DNA of 64,000 nt from Gammaproteobacteria bacterium (GTDB taxonomy: Bacteria; Pseudomonadota; Gammaproteobacteria; SZUA-229): NCBI GenBank assembly GCA_026995045.1, contig JALWPK010000042.1:12733-76732 (forward strand), given 5' to 3'. The translations under genes were made by a program, and so were the position numbers. Below, piece by piece: positions 54,398 to 63,911 of the stretch. Position 1 is the first letter of the stretch; the number at the start of each line of letters is the position of its first letter. The notes under the pieces were generated by a model. The model saw only the letters and a program-made list of their open reading frames with translations. It was not told the DNA's origin and searched no databases.

Positions 54398-54780
54398 ATA
54401 GTCTTTCCACCGGCCTTGCGTCGATTCTCAGGCTTGTGATCTTCACGCGTTTTATTGTAGCGCATTTTTCGAATAATCACATCTGCTAAATCCACGTTTA
54501 CACGGTGGCAATAGTCCATAACTCGAATTACAACGTCGGCGAGTTCTTCATACGTGCCGTGTGTATCTTCGAGCTTGTCCGACATTAAGTTCTTGCGGTG
54601 CGCTTCGAACGCTTCTGAAACCTCAGAGTGTATCAGCGCCGCCGTAGTTGGGAAATGCGGCTTCAGGGGTTCCCCTGTGTTTAAGTCTCTTGTCCAGCCG
54701 GAATCCTCAGCAACTTTACCTGCGAGGCGCTGCATCTGCGCGTATCCGATGGCGGCAATAATTTCTTCATCATTAGTCAT
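54394..54780 (-). CDS. mazG: MazG-like nucleoside triphosphate pyrophosphohydrolase
   Basis: 128 aa. LIHSEVSEAFEAHRK and EELADVVIRVMDY are the characteristic EExxE/ExxD helices. Confidence 0.75.
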   Translation of the reverse strand: MTNDEEIIAAIGYAQMQRLAGKVAEDSGWTRDLNTGEPLKPHFPTTAALIHSEVSEAFEAHRKNLMSDKLEDTHGTYEELADVVIRVMDYCHRVNVDLADVIIRKMRYNKTREDHKPENRRKAGGKTI

Positions 54781-54801
54781 GTGCGGAATCCTGTGTGTGT
54801 A

Positions 54802-55218
54802 TTACTTGTATTTGGCGTTTTTAGCAAGTATTTCCTCTTTTGTCAAGTAGTCACCGTATGTAAAAAACAGCGCACCGCCACATCTGACTGCCCAGTAGAA
54901 CACGGTTGCATAGCACCGATATAAGCGCTGTGTGTGCTTACAATCGCTCAACGCCGCAGCAGTCTGCATGTTTGTGAAAAACGCTCTGTCGGCTTCGGCT
55001 CTATCCGCGCCTGTGCCGCCACGCTGATATGCAAAGTCGTGCAGTTTGCACGCCAAATGGAAGACGCGCACTGTTTCGCTCCTAGTTATTTTATTCGGCC
55101 CGCAGCGGCCTACGAAGCCGCGCTGCTCTTCCTTGGTCAGATCATGCCAAGCGATGCGTGTGCCTGTTGGCTCCTTCCAGCGTAAAACATACCGAATTGT
55201 ATTGAAAATCTTCACCAC
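54802..55218 (-). CDS. Phospholipase A2-like domain protein (tentative)
   Basis: 138 aa. FVGRCGP (Ca-loop-like xGxxG), ACKLHDFAY (the HDxxY catalytic dyad context) and a downstream EADRAF Asp. Confidence 0.35.
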   Translation of the reverse strand: MVKIFNTIRYVLRWKEPTGTRIAWHDLTKEEQRGFVGRCGPNKITRSETVRVFHLACKLHDFAYQRGGTGADRAEADRAFFTNMQTAAALSDCKHTQRLYRCYATVFYWAVRCGGALFFTYGDYLTKEEILAKNAKYK

Positions 55219-55754
55219 ACCAATGCCTCCATTATCGCGTAGACCTCAGCCGTTGTCGCCGCATTGGCCACGGCTTGCCGACTTGTCACGTACTGACCAA
55301 ACACTGTTTGCAAGTATATGGCGAAGTTCTGCCCGAATCCCATCATACCATTGGCGTCAAAAACGTGCGGCGTGTAGGTGTCATCGTACCACGTTATTGA
55401 GAATGGAGTCTGTGCGATGGCTGCCTGCGTAGCGAATAGCGCCGCGCCAGTTAGCACGTCACGCGCATCGCGCGACACTGAAAACGTAGCGCCATTATAT
55501 GTGAAGGGTTTCTCGTTCGACGCCTCTTTGTGATGATACAGCGTGTTCAGTGCCACAGCCTTAGCAGTCTGAAGATCAGACGGCATATAGTCCTCAGTCG
55601 TGCCGAGTTCAATGTCTGTTTCTACTGTCACGACTTCACCAAAATTATTCAGCACCGCGTACCCATTGCCCGCAAACATATCTGGTGTGACAGGCTGCGT
55701 CATGGGATACAGCGTAAGTATCTGACGCGTATTTGTGTCGTAAAGCGCCTTCAT
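55212..55754 (-). CDS. Hypothetical protein (tail-fibre-associated, DUF4376-like, tentative)
   Basis: 180-aa ORF downstream of the beta-helix protein. Its central segment (...FTYNGATFSVSRDARDVLTGAA...) is reminiscent of DUF4376. Confidence 0.4.
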   Translation of the reverse strand: MKALYDTNTRQILTLYPMTQPVTPDMFAGNGYAVLNNFGEVVTVETDIELGTTEDYMPSDLQTAKAVALNTLYHHKEASNEKPFTYNGATFSVSRDARDVLTGAALFATQAAIAQTPFSITWYDDTYTPHVFDANGMMGFGQNFAIYLQTVFGQYVTSRQAVANAATTAEVYAIMEALVW

Positions 55755-56785
55755 CAGAAGTTGTACTCCCCAAATGCTCCGAATGTGTTGAGGGCCGGTG
55801 AATATACAGGCGAGCCTGTTATAGTGCCCAGTCTTTGTGTTATTGACGACCTAAGTGCTGTTATTTTAAATGCTGCGTCGAATGAACAATTTCCGTAGCT
55901 TGAGTACGCCTGTGCGTTTACGAGTATCCCGTTAACAGCGCCGCCTCCCTGCACAAAAGATACCGTGTTTAATGTTAAACCTGCCTGTCTAGCTACGTCA
56001 CAGCACCACGAAGAGTGCTGTTCAATTGTGGCTGTATACACACCTGCATAAGCGTTTTGTGTGACAATGACAGCTTTCCTGTTCCCGAACAGATCAAGGC
56101 TGCCTGAATTAAGATAAGCATTGTTAAAAACGTATAGCCCATCTCCGGGGTCGTTATACGCCACAAGTGTGTTTGTGAGGGATAGATAGGTGCCGTCTCG
56201 TGCTTGAATACTGTACCCGGTGCTATGGACTATAGCCAATCTATCTGACGTGCTAATGGTCTGCTCCATTAGGCGGATAGCTACAAAGTACCCTGAAAAC
56301 GCGCAATAGTTGAAATTTATAGCGCACCGACGTAAGTCAAAGCCGTATACGGCTGTACCTGTACCGGTGAATATGACACCTAGATTTATGAATGTGACAT
56401 TACGTACATTGATGTATGTTCGCGTAACGGTGGACTCAAGCACCGCCGAATATGTTGCGCGAATTGTTGCTTCATCTGTGGCCTTTACACCCGTGAAATT
56501 CGCGCGCGTCATACGTGTGTTTACCCCAGTTCCGACTATTTGAACTGCTGTGTTGAGTGGATTTGACATAACGAATGTGTCAATATTGTACGTACCGGCA
56601 GCGAGTACAATCTTAATGACCGCACCGCCCTGTGTCAGATACGTTGTTGCTTCGTCAAACGCCGCCTGAAGCGTCGGGAAATCAGCAGGCACGTTTATCG
56701 TCACATCTATAGATGTGACTTTAGGTACAAACGCGCTCAGTGCCGTATGATCCTGAATATCTGTGTATGACGTCAGAATTGCCAT
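55754..56785 (-). CDS. Right-handed beta-helix (pectate-lyase-fold) protein, putative tailspike/depolymerase
   Basis: 343 aa. N-terminal FPTLQAAFDEATTYLTQGGAVIKIVLAAGTY, followed by repetitive short Gly/Asn/Thr/Val-rich turns. Confidence 0.5.
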   Translation of the reverse strand: MAILTSYTDIQDHTALSAFVPKVTSIDVTINVPADFPTLQAAFDEATTYLTQGGAVIKIVLAAGTYNIDTFVMSNPLNTAVQIVGTGVNTRMTRANFTGVKATDEATIRATYSAVLESTVTRTYINVRNVTFINLGVIFTGTGTAVYGFDLRRCAINFNYCAFSGYFVAIRLMEQTISTSDRLAIVHSTGYSIQARDGTYLSLTNTLVAYNDPGDGLYVFNNAYLNSGSLDLFGNRKAVIVTQNAYAGVYTATIEQHSSWCCDVARQAGLTLNTVSFVQGGGAVNGILVNAQAYSSYGNCSFDAAFKITALRSSITQRLGTITGSPVYSPALNTFGAFGEYNF

Positions 56786-56786
56786 T

Positions 56787-57581
56787 TTATGCCAATATTA
56801 CTGCGCGCAGGCTGTTTGCAGCCGGTGCTGTGTTGAGGTTGATGACGACGTTATTGATGTCCTGCCTTGAGTCTGCTACAATAACTGTATTGTTCGTTGC
56901 CACTTCGCGTACTGTGACGATGACATCAAGTGTTCCTAGGTTGTGCGTCAAAACATATGACGTGGCCACGCCATCCCCAAAAGTCTGCGCAAACCGCCCT
57001 ACATTTCCTGACCAGTTATTCAGCGTTTGAGGTGTTACGGCAACGTCTGCAAGAGTCCCGGCGTTGACCTCAGTTTGCGTTGCAATGCGGATTTTACCGG
57101 CGACAGTCGTTGACGCCAACGGGACAACTGCGCCGAAGTTCGTCCATGCAATCGGATCAGTTCCTACTGTGCCGGTTGTCGTCGTCTGTCTGAATGTTGT
57201 GCCAGCATTAGCTGTTCCGCCTGCAACAGTTGTGACGGCATTGCTGAGTTCTGTCATCAAATCAGCATCCGGTGCGCGCGTCATCGCTGCGCCAGTCCCA
57301 GCGAACACGTAGATGCCATTCTCAAGTGCCGCTGTCTGGTCTTTCAGCAATACCCTGTCACCAACGACAAGCGTTACGCCGTCAATAGTGGCGGGGGCTG
57401 CGGCGATGTTTACGTTGGCTGTTGAAGCCGCAGCTACGTCGTCTTTCCATGCCAAGCCTTCGATGAGGTCATCGACATACTTTTTATTGGCGATGTCCCC
57501 AGTCGCGACTGGTGCTTTTACGTTGATGCCGGTGGCTATGTTGCCAAAATCCAGATCAACAAGAGTTGGTTTAACTGCCAT
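56787..57581 (-). CDS. Tail fibre protein
   Basis: 264 aa. N-terminal ...INVKAPVATGDIANKKYVDD..., then GDRVLLKDQTAALENGIYVF..., motifs common in phage tail fibre proteins. Confidence 0.65.
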   Translation of the reverse strand: MAVKPTLVDLDFGNIATGINVKAPVATGDIANKKYVDDLIEGLAWKDDVAAASTANVNIAAAPATIDGVTLVVGDRVLLKDQTAALENGIYVFAGTGAAMTRAPDADLMTELSNAVTTVAGGTANAGTTFRQTTTTGTVGTDPIAWTNFGAVVPLASTTVAGKIRIATQTEVNAGTLADVAVTPQTLNNWSGNVGRFAQTFGDGVATSYVLTHNLGTLDVIVTVREVATNNTVIVADSRQDINNVVINLNTAPAANSLRAVILA

Positions 57582-57594
57582 TGTTCATTCCAAT

Positions 57595-58110
57595 TTACAC
57601 AATATAAGCTGTACCTGATACAGCTTTATTAAATATGAATCTTACTGTATTTGTATCGACAATCTCAACACGCGGCGTAACCTCAACATTTGCGACGTAT
57701 GCTGATGCCGAAGTGGGTGCTCTGCCGAGTCCGTGTACTACAGTCCATGTCGTAGCAAGTCCGCTCTGCGTGTGTGTGTACGCTGTAATCCCTGCCCCGC
57801 CTCCACCTCCGCCACCTGCTGTGCCTATATCTCTTGTAGGGCCTGTGAAGGTCTCTATGATATGTTCAGCGGTTACGATGTTTTTGTGATAGTCGAGACC
57901 CAGTGCGTCAAGTGCGAATGATATGGGATTTGAATCATAGTTAGGAAATAACGCATTTACATCTATTGATGTATCTATGGTTGCGGGCTTAACTGTGCGA
58001 AAAGCAAGCGCATCCTGACCAACGACGCCGACAAGCGTCGTTGACGTGTTTTGCAGGCTTGTGCCTTTGAATGTCGCACCATTAGTGATGCCCGCTGTGA
58101 AGTTCATCAT
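57595..58110 (-). CDS. Hypothetical fibre-associated protein with a poly-Gly tract (GGGGGGGAG)
   Basis: 171-aa ORF with an ATGA overlap with the upstream gene. Confidence 0.5.
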   Translation of the reverse strand: MMNFTAGITNGATFKGTSLQNTSTTLVGVVGQDALAFRTVKPATIDTSIDVNALFPNYDSNPISFALDALGLDYHKNIVTAEHIIETFTGPTRDIGTAGGGGGGGAGITAYTHTQSGLATTWTVVHGLGRAPTSASAYVANVEVTPRVEIVDTNTVRFIFNKAVSGTAYIV

Positions 58111-58898
58111 TTCACCACAAGTGTAAGGCCGTCAGCGGCGATGCCGAAGCTCTCTGATATCGCCACCTGCGATGGAACAGCTACGGGGCCTGAGAATAAC
58201 ATATTTCCAGCGGATGCGGCGTCGAAGACTGCTATATGCGAAATAACGCCCCAAGCGTTTGTGTTACACACGTTGAACACAATATCGGCAGAACTCTTCA
58301 ACACTGTACCAATGCCCGGAGTCGGTGCAGGTGCATTAAAGCTGAACAGTTTTCGCGCATAGTTGTCAGTGGCCTGCGGCTCCGTTATTGTGGAGGCATC
58401 GCGCTTTGGTGTCGTGGTTGACAGTGCGCAATACAGACCTGCTGGCGGTGCAGGCATTGCCGTTCCCGCCAGCCAATTCAGTACAGCTTCACCAACGTAT
58501 TGAGACAAGAAGCCACCAGCTACCGCATTCACGTCAGACGGGCTGAATGATGCGCCGCCGCCTGCGTTGATTGTGATGGGCACATCGAGTGGACCATACA
58601 TGAGAATGTTGCCAAGATCATCATATATTGCGCCATGTGTGACTGTTGCAGCGGCGAGACCTGTGAAGGACAACGGATTTGTATTTGATGCCTTAGCGCC
58701 TTCAGCTTCGTTCGTAACGGGGGCTGAAAGAGCTATGGTGTTGTTGTGTGGACCACCTGCGTTGGTTATGATGCCCAGTCCCGCGTCTGTTGGGTCTTGG
58801 GTGGCCAAATGAAAGGTGAGACTTGCTGGCGACGCGCCCATGGCGGTGCCTGTCAGCCAGCCAGCAATCTTGCCTTGCATGTATCCTGAAAGCGCCAT
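58107..58898 (-). CDS. Virion protein with an internally duplicated domain
   Basis: 263 aa. The two halves start GKIAGWLTGTAMGASPASLTFHLATQDP and EAVLNWLAGTAMPAPPAGLYCALSTTTP. They end THGAIYDDLGNILMYGPL and SHIAVFDAASAGNMLFSGPV. Confidence 0.6.
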   Translation of the reverse strand: MALSGYMQGKIAGWLTGTAMGASPASLTFHLATQDPTDAGLGIITNAGGPHNNTIALSAPVTNEAEGAKASNTNPLSFTGLAAATVTHGAIYDDLGNILMYGPLDVPITINAGGGASFSPSDVNAVAGGFLSQYVGEAVLNWLAGTAMPAPPAGLYCALSTTTPKRDASTITEPQATDNYARKLFSFNAPAPTPGIGTVLKSSADIVFNVCNTNAWGVISHIAVFDAASAGNMLFSGPVAVPSQVAISESFGIAADGLTLVVK

Positions 58899-59206
58899 TA
58901 TGCCACCTCAGTAACATACGCAGCACCCGCTGTGGTTGCAGCGATGATATTTACAGATTGCCCAACGCCAAGTGCTAGGAAAAGCTCTTGATTAGCCGGT
59001 AAAAAAGCGTCATTAAGCGTTGCAGCGCCAGCAGTACTGACATGCGCGTCAGTTGTGGATACAACACGTACAGAAGTGTTTCCGCCGGTTATCGGCGTAG
59101 ATGCCACAGAAGTGGCGGCTGAGGTTGTGAGGCGCTCAGTTTTTATGAGAGAAATTGCGTCGTCTGACATGTGAAGAATCCAATAAGAAATTAGCTGCTG
59201 AAACAT
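58898..59206 (-). CDS. Hypothetical protein (alternative start at 59170)
   Basis: 102-aa ORF. The internal ATG at 59170 (MSDDAISLIK...) is equally plausible. Confidence 0.5.
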   Translation of the reverse strand: MFQQLISYWILHMSDDAISLIKTERLTTSAATSVASTPITGGNTSVRVVSTTDAHVSTAGAATLNDAFLPANQELFLALGVGQSVNIIAATTAGAAYVTEVA

Positions 59207-59226
59207 AGCACTTTATAAGTTATATG

Positions 59227-60435
59227 TCAAACGAACGCTTTTCCGATAAAATCTTGGATATTAAACGTTTTTTGTGAGATAATCCTAGCAATGTGGTGAT
59301 CAATCGACGCTTCCTGCACAAAATACGTGATCTTGACATCGCGTGTCTGGCCAAACCTGTCAATGCGCTTCTTTGCTTGGTAAATCTGATACGCATTCCA
59401 CGGTAGTTCGCCAAAAATGGCGTGATTAGCCTCAGTGAGGTTCAGTCCCTCGGATGCTGATGTGAGGGACAGAACAAGGTTCAACACATCGCCAGCCTTA
59501 AAATCATCCAGCGCTTTGTCATTGATCTTATTGGTGTTTTTCCCATTAATTGTTGCAGCTTTGGGGATTTGCGCAGCCAATTGTTCGGCAAGATCAGTAT
59601 GGTGCATGAATATTATGCGTGCTTCGGAACTTAAACCATTGATATAATGCGCCAGCGGTGCAAGCTTTGCCTCGCCTGTCTTACGCCGTACTTCTGAGTA
59701 TTCTTCGAATGGAATAAGTGACGTTGGTTTCTTGAGGAAATCGTGAATCTGTGAACTCGTTATGCCGTCGAACACAGCCATGCCTTCGGTATGTATTGGG
59801 CTGACATATACTTCCTGAACTACTTCACGCTCTTCTTTATAGCTTGAAATTATGAAGAATTCATGTTCTTCAGTGAGCGATTTACGTAGTTTTGGGAGAT
59901 TTGACGCGCCGTCAACATCAAAGCCGAATGGTGTTCTGCGCCGATCACAGAACTCACCGGTGTAAGAAAACCAATCAGTGTAAATCTTTTCAGCCTGTAG
60001 AATCGGAAAAAGCTGAATAGGCTTTGAAAATGGTGTGGCTGAGAGGTATATGCGCTTAATGTCTGGCTGGCTCTTCAAAAGGCGCAGATATTTCTTGAGG
60101 CGCTTTGTCTTGTTTTTGGAGCCAAGTCTGGCGTGACACTCGTCAAAAATGACTATGGCGTTATCTGGAACCGTGTCCAGTGACTCGTACGTTGTATGCG
60201 TCAGACTTATGCCGTTGAGAATGCTGTGTTTTTTGACTTCATCGCGCCAATTCTTGTGTAGAACCCTAGGTGCGACAACGTGCACATCGGCGTTGCACAG
60301 CTTAGCAATGGTCAAGGCGATAAGCGTCTTACCCGCACCCGCATGTAACGCCAAATAAACACGGTTATGCTTCTTCAGAATGTTGAGGCCATCCTGAATT
60401 ATAGGTTTTTGATGATCAAGCAGTGTGAATGTCAT
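59227..60435 (-). CDS. SF2 helicase, SNF2/DEAD-like
   Basis: 402 aa. Motif I: ALHAGAGKTLIAL. Motif II: IVIFDECH. C-terminal helicase motifs: SASEGLNLTEANHAIF and QAKKRIDRFGQTRDV. Confidence 0.8.
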   Translation of the reverse strand: MTFTLLDHQKPIIQDGLNILKKHNRVYLALHAGAGKTLIALTIAKLCNADVHVVAPRVLHKNWRDEVKKHSILNGISLTHTTYESLDTVPDNAIVIFDECHARLGSKNKTKRLKKYLRLLKSQPDIKRIYLSATPFSKPIQLFPILQAEKIYTDWFSYTGEFCDRRRTPFGFDVDGASNLPKLRKSLTEEHEFFIISSYKEEREVVQEVYVSPIHTEGMAVFDGITSSQIHDFLKKPTSLIPFEEYSEVRRKTGEAKLAPLAHYINGLSSEARIIFMHHTDLAEQLAAQIPKAATINGKNTNKINDKALDDFKAGDVLNLVLSLTSASEGLNLTEANHAIFGELPWNAYQIYQAKKRIDRFGQTRDVKITYFVQEASIDHHIARIISQKTFNIQDFIGKAFV

Positions 60436-60554
60436 TGGCGTTGAAAAACTAGGCTGGCGTTGAAAAATTAGGCTGGTGTTGAAAAATTAGGCTGGTGTTG
60501 AAAAATTAGGCTGGTGTTGAAAAATTAGGCTGGTGTTGAAAAATTAGGCTGGTG
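60436..60554. repeat. Iteron-like array: 6 full plus 1 partial head-to-tail copies of a 19-bp unit (TGGTGTTGAAAAATTAGGC)
   Basis: Units at 60436, 60455, 60474, 60493, 60512 and 60531, plus a partial unit at 60550-60554. The first two units are variants (tggcgttgaaaaactaggc, tggcgttgaaaaattaggc). The array fills the gap between the stop at 60566 and the helicase ATG at 60435. Confidence 0.9.
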
Positions 60555-60565
60555 CGCGCGTGGCA

Positions 60566-61000
60566 TCACATGTCGAATGCTAACTCAGCGTCAGTTAGCT
60601 CAAACGCGGCGGACACGTCGCCCGCTGTAGCCATATATTCCTCAAATGCAGTTTCGTTGCCGGGTGCCACGCGCCAATCGGTGTGATGTGGATGCACAAC
60701 CATACGTTGTATTTGATCATCAAGTCCGCTGAGTTCATCGCTTGTGAAACCGTCGAACGGCGTAAAACACGACGCAGTTATCCGCCGGTGTATCCATCTG
60801 AGGAGCAGATTCCCGTCGTCGCCATCTAGTGCTACAGCGAAAACGCCGGTGAGGGGCGGCGTCACGGAATGGCTGAGTTTTGTTGCCGCTGGACTTGCCA
60901 TAAGGAGATTGGCGCGCGCATCGTTGAGCTGTTCCTCAACTTGACGGCGGCGGGTTTTTATGTAGTTCTGCACTACAAGCGCAGCGTTGTCGATGGTCAT
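60566..61000 (-). CDS. Hypothetical acidic protein
   Basis: The track ORF extends to 61042. The ATG at 61000 gives an ATGA overlap with the stop of the upstream gene (MTIDNAALVV...). Confidence 0.5.
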   Translation of the reverse strand: MTIDNAALVVQNYIKTRRRQVEEQLNDARANLLMASPAATKLSHSVTPPLTGVFAVALDGDDGNLLLRWIHRRITASCFTPFDGFTSDELSGLDDQIQRMVVHPHHTDWRVAPGNETAFEEYMATAGDVSAAFELTDAELAFDM

Positions 61001-62355
61001 GCCTTCAAAACTCCGAATGTGTAGATTGTATGTGCGTGGCAAGTTGTCCCTGCGAGACTGCTCATGAGGGTTTTCGGCGTTGCCTCGTTCTTGACGTCAA
61101 ACACCGAATGTCCAGTGCCTATGTACTTTTTGGGAATTCTGTCATCGGCGGCGGCGCTTATTGCCTCCAGCATTTCCTTGGTTGAAATCCGCTCGACAAA
61201 CAACTTACGCATCGCGGCATAGTTCAAGTTGATCTTGTGCGAAGCATGACGAACTATTTTGCGGCTATAGGCGGCGTTACTGTAGTTCTTAATATCGTCT
61301 ATGGGCTTGTCATTCAATGTCTCAGTCCACGCTCTATAGGCAATGTGTACGTCAGGATGACGCATATTGATACTGCCGGGTCTGCGGTTTGCGACATTAC
61401 TCATTGCCGCATATTGGCCTTCAGGATCAAGGCGCGCATATAGTGAGCCGTTGCCGTTGAATTGAGGTGCCAACAATGCTCTGTGGGACAGGCAATCCAC
61501 GTCAAACGGCACTATGAGGGCCTTTGTCCTCTTGGGAAATACACTTCTTGCCCGCGCGACGCGCGTATGTCGTGACTGCATACTCACAGACCTCCGTGTC
61601 AGTTGTGGCCAGAGAAGATTGTTGTGATATGCGTGACGAATTGCATAGAGGTGATGGATGTTCTCGACACAGAACTGTTGCCTCATCCTACTGCTTGACA
61701 CAGCCTTATCCATGACTTCGGTGGTGACTGAGGTTTCGAATTCCCGTGCTTTGATCCTATATGTGCCTCGGGGCTTGTGCGTGCCGAACTCACAGTTGTG
61801 ATGCACTTCCCAATGACCAATCTGCCGATGCGCATATGCCCATTTCATCGGGAAACAAGCTGCATACATATCTTTTATGCGCTGTACCGTTTTCTTCTGT
61901 GCAGGCGGATATTCGCTGAGATCATCATCAATCTGATACAGGCCTTTGACGTACAGAATACCATTTTCCAGCTTGACGATTTCGTTAAGCAATGCCATCA
62001 CGTCGTCGTCGAACTCTGTTGTAAGCATGATGTGTCTATAGCACGCGACATAGGCAAGAACCTTTGTAGGATTGTCAGTTATTGCGTAGTCCGGGACATA
62101 TCCCCTAAGACACCTTGACGCTATGACGTCAAAAGGCGGCGGCTCAAAATCTGTAAAGTTGAGGCCCAGCGCGACTTGGTTAAGGCGTCGTTCCGTGACA
62201 AGTTGTGCCAGAAGGGGCTTCAACACGCCTTTGTCAGGATCACCAACATAGCTATTATGATGAAATGATGTAACAGCTTTGGGCTTGGCTTTGCTTTCTT
62301 TGATAAAGTCTTGCAACCGAGTAACGGCTGCGCCTTCCATATCAATTTGCAACAT
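60997..62355 (-). CDS. Hypothetical protein
   Basis: 452-aa ORF, His/Arg-rich central region, no family recognised. Confidence 0.55.
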   Translation of the reverse strand: MLQIDMEGAAVTRLQDFIKESKAKPKAVTSFHHNSYVGDPDKGVLKPLLAQLVTERRLNQVALGLNFTDFEPPPFDVIASRCLRGYVPDYAITDNPTKVLAYVACYRHIMLTTEFDDDVMALLNEIVKLENGILYVKGLYQIDDDLSEYPPAQKKTVQRIKDMYAACFPMKWAYAHRQIGHWEVHHNCEFGTHKPRGTYRIKAREFETSVTTEVMDKAVSSSRMRQQFCVENIHHLYAIRHAYHNNLLWPQLTRRSVSMQSRHTRVARARSVFPKRTKALIVPFDVDCLSHRALLAPQFNGNGSLYARLDPEGQYAAMSNVANRRPGSINMRHPDVHIAYRAWTETLNDKPIDDIKNYSNAAYSRKIVRHASHKINLNYAAMRKLFVERISTKEMLEAISAAADDRIPKKYIGTGHSVFDVKNEATPKTLMSSLAGTTCHAHTIYTFGVLKA

Positions 62356-62551
62356 GCGGCACGCCTCTATAGTTTACGACAAATCTTTGTCCGGGGAATA
62401 TGTGGTGAATACCGTTGACGGAATGCGCAGCCAAGCCGCCGCGCATCCAATAAAACGTCGTTTCGGGGAACAGTTCCTGAAGCCTCAAGAATGAGTTGTA
62501 TGTCCCGTCGAATTTATGTTCCTTATATGTTGTGGCGTAGTACATGGTCAT
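62342..62551 (-). CDS. Small hypothetical protein
   Basis: 69-aa ORF with an ATGA overlap with the upstream VWA gene. Confidence 0.4.
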   Translation of the reverse strand: MTMYYATTYKEHKFDGTYNSFLRLQELFPETTFYWMRGGLAAHSVNGIHHIFPGQRFVVNYRGVPHVAN

Positions 62552-63885
62552 ACTCTAATAAGCTGGCCAAACGGAGGCGTTACAGAATCATTGCTGATAC
62601 ACCAAATTGTTGGTGTGCCTGTTTTACTTGGAAATTCACCATAGCCGTCAGTGATATATACCAACAGATCAGTGTTCGGTTTATTCTCGTTGATCCACTC
62701 AAATACCGGCACAAATGAAGTGCCGCCACCGCCTTTGGGGTTCAGCTTTATACGTTGCCGCTTAGTGAACTGTTCAACTGCGCATATCTCTGCATCACAA
62801 TGTAAGACTGTGAGTGTTTTGAACTTTCCACTGTCCCGGAGTTTTTCAAAAACAGCAGCGGCATTAGCTAAATCCTCATCGGATATAGATGCAGATGTGT
62901 CGATTGCAACAACTGCCTCGCCTTCACGCTTTTTACGCCGTCCCGGATATACCGATGCGCGCCGTGTTATTGATGAAATCGTTGCTGACATAGGTGTGTA
63001 ACGTGTATAATCGTGTTTTGCGCTGTTTTGCAGCGCCGGATGCCGTAGGATCAGGTTATTAAGGACCTCGGTGAATGGCTGTTTTCTATTTATGAGGGCG
63101 TCGATGTGTCTGTTAAGATTAGCAGACTGTGTACCGATGGCCTTAGCTGTGGCTGCTGCACGTCTAACAGCATCCGCAACCGCTTTGTCGATAGCATCTG
63201 TGCTTGCCTCACAAGCCTCACCATCCTCGGTGGATGAGATGTCCCCAGCCATTGCGGATGCAATGGCCTTTGACAATTCTTCACCGGCTTCGACTGCCTG
63301 CTTCTGATCAGGCGGTAATTTGTTGAGCAGCATGTTGTATATGTCGGCTGCGGACATCTCATCAATGTCGATCTGCTCGTCGTACATGCACGCATAAGCG
63401 TCTGGCAAAGTTGAGTATTTGCCTGTTTTCACCGCTTCTTCACGCATATCAGGCGACGATACTGCATCTGTATTGGTTCCGTCTATGAAAACATCGACGG
63501 TGATGTGCGGCGTCATGCGCTTCTTGGCTTCGGGGAATGCTGAAAAAAGGATGCTGTTGATGTAATAGTCACAGGCCACGTTCCATAGTGTTGGGTTACG
63601 ATGTCCGCGTGTCGCATCATGACGATGGATGATGTGCAGGATTTCATGAGCCAGCACGAAACACGCAACGTCGCGATGAAGGCTGTTCAGCCATCCCGGA
63701 TGTACGCCTATAACGTCGTTGCAATTCGTATATGCGCGCGCGTTTTTTTCGGCGAAGTCCGCGTCAGAGATTGTCTTAATGCGCATACGCTCTTGAAACA
63801 AAAATGCGCCGAAGAATGGGTATTTGCTATAGAGCCTAGAAGTTGTCTCGCTCTTTATCTGTTGAATAAGTCTGTTGTTGTCCAT
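62548..63885 (-). CDS. Metallopeptidase-like (HExxH, DUF2201-type) + von Willebrand factor A domain protein
   Basis: 445 aa. N-terminal VLAHEILHIIHRHD...WNVACDYYIN. C-terminal VWA/MIDAS-like VVAIDTSASISDEDL ... LLVYITDGYG. Confidence 0.7.
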   Translation of the reverse strand: MDNNRLIQQIKSETTSRLYSKYPFFGAFLFQERMRIKTISDADFAEKNARAYTNCNDVIGVHPGWLNSLHRDVACFVLAHEILHIIHRHDATRGHRNPTLWNVACDYYINSILFSAFPEAKKRMTPHITVDVFIDGTNTDAVSSPDMREEAVKTGKYSTLPDAYACMYDEQIDIDEMSAADIYNMLLNKLPPDQKQAVEAGEELSKAIASAMAGDISSTEDGEACEASTDAIDKAVADAVRRAAATAKAIGTQSANLNRHIDALINRKQPFTEVLNNLILRHPALQNSAKHDYTRYTPMSATISSITRRASVYPGRRKKREGEAVVAIDTSASISDEDLANAAAVFEKLRDSGKFKTLTVLHCDAEICAVEQFTKRQRIKLNPKGGGGTSFVPVFEWINENKPNTDLLVYITDGYGEFPSKTGTPTIWCISNDSVTPPFGQLIRV

Positions 63886-63911
63886 AGGTTTTCTCCGATT
63901 TTTTTCCCATT

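Noticed and set aside
60436-60554. CRISPR array.
   Set aside because: The 19-bp units are directly adjacent with no spacers, and there are no cas genes. This is a tandem (iteron-type) repeat.
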